Assembly (NCBI GenBank): GCA_963702845.1
Contig: OY969763.1
Coordinates: 5,376,001 to 5,440,000 of the forward strand
Length of the DNA: 64,000 nt
Direction: 5' to 3'
Origin: an uncultured Verrucomicrobiae bacterium
GTDB taxonomy: Bacteria > Verrucomicrobiota > Verrucomicrobiia > Limisphaerales > Palsa-1400
Shown: one piece after another, positions 63,336 to 64,000 of the stretch
Position numbering within the stretch: the first letter of the stretch is position 1
Layout of the letters: each line of letters begins with the position of its first letter
The notes under the pieces: generated by a model
Databases searched by the model: none
What the model saw: the letters and a program-made list of their open reading frames with translations, nothing else
Told to the model about the DNA's origin: nothing
Made by a program: the position numbers and the translations under genes

Positions 63336-64000
63336 CTACTCGGCTTTCGGAGAGGCTGGTTTCAACTCGCCGAGCGCTTCCAGAATGGTCTTTTGCACAA
63401 TCGGATTGAAAAGATTCCCGAGATGGCCGCCTTCGGTAAAGATCGTCAATTGTTCCGGGGCGAAGGTGGCGTGGAACCAATCGAGGTCCTTTTCCGTCAG
63501 GAGAAAATCGTTGTGATTGACGATGATGCGCACGTTGTGATTGGCGGCGAGTTGGCGCTCGTAGGTGTGCAAGTCCCCGGCTTTTTCCAACGCCTCAGCG
63601 GCAGGCGAGCCAATATCTCTGCTCTGGTAATATGGGCTGGCGAACTTCTCGAAATAATCTTTGTAGGAATATTGGAGAATTTCCTGATAGACCGGTTCAC
63701 GCCGAAAATCTCTGATCGGCTCCTGCAAAATATGCTGATTGTTTCGGCGCTGGCTGCTGTAGATCACGTCGCGCAGGATGAGTCGAAAGGTGAGGCCGAT
63801 GAGAAACTTTGATTCAATTTCGTTAAAGGGCAGAGAGATTTGCGGGGTGAGCGTGCTCTTGCTCAACGCGGCCACTTTCAGAAATGTATTCTCAATATTG
63901 GCAGTTCGATCGGCTGCAGGCCACTTCAAGGGCGCTCGGTAAAATTCGTCGAGCTTTCCGATGCCTTGCAACATTCGCACCGGCGTGTTGATGGCAACGT
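63336..64000 (-). CDS. C-terminal part of an alpha/beta-hydrolase-fold protein (partial)
   Basis: NDFLL and GGHLGNL catalytic Asp/His-like motifs; the ORF runs off the window end. Confidence 0.65.
   Translation of the reverse strand, partial: VAINTPVRMLQGIGKLDEFYRAPLKWPAADRTANIENTFLKVAALSKSTLTPQISLPFNEIESKFLIGLTFRLILRDVIYSSQRRNNQHILQEPIRDFRREPVYQEILQYSYKDYFEKFASPYYQSRDIGSPAAEALEKAGDLHTYERQLAANHNVRIIVNHNDFLLTEKDLDWFHATFAPEQLTIFTEGGHLGNLFNPIVQKTILEALGELKPASPKAE

Overview
The window looks like a Verrucomicrobiota (Pedosphaera-like) chromosome segment, inferred from gene content. Many single-base frameshifts (mostly 1-9 kb, also about 27.5, 34-35, 41-42 and 58.7 kb) look like uncorrected long-read indels, so split genes are joined below. 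From 1 to 25.6 kb the content is mostly core or metabolic: a putative glycoside hydrolase, an RND efflux operon containing an RraA-family gene, proC, ubiX/UbiA-family genes, pyrH-frr, a LysR/pirin/SDR/DoxX cluster and tRNA-Tyr. Beyond the tRNA the region is mostly accessory. It holds an elaB/yqjE-like cluster, 7- and 10-bp tandem arrays, a terminase-small-subunit-like ORF, a CbxX-type AAA ATPase, a DnmA/YeeA-YeeB-YeeC-like methyltransferase-helicase-GIY-YIG operon, hrpA, gene scars (rapA 5' end, terminase 3' end, IS4 end), an integrase-less integron remnant, mgtA, a ~2540-aa Cys-rich repeat surface protein and a GT4/GH130 pair. The best candidate for a new system is a BrnT-like toxin and antitoxin-like peptide translationally coupled inside the methyltransferase-helicase operon. 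As assembled, the antitoxin is fused in frame to the helicase, but one missing base would undo that fusion. A palindromic TGGGGTGTACACCCCA-like motif also recurs upstream of five unlinked transcription units. All family assignments come from motif recognition by eye; no searches were run.
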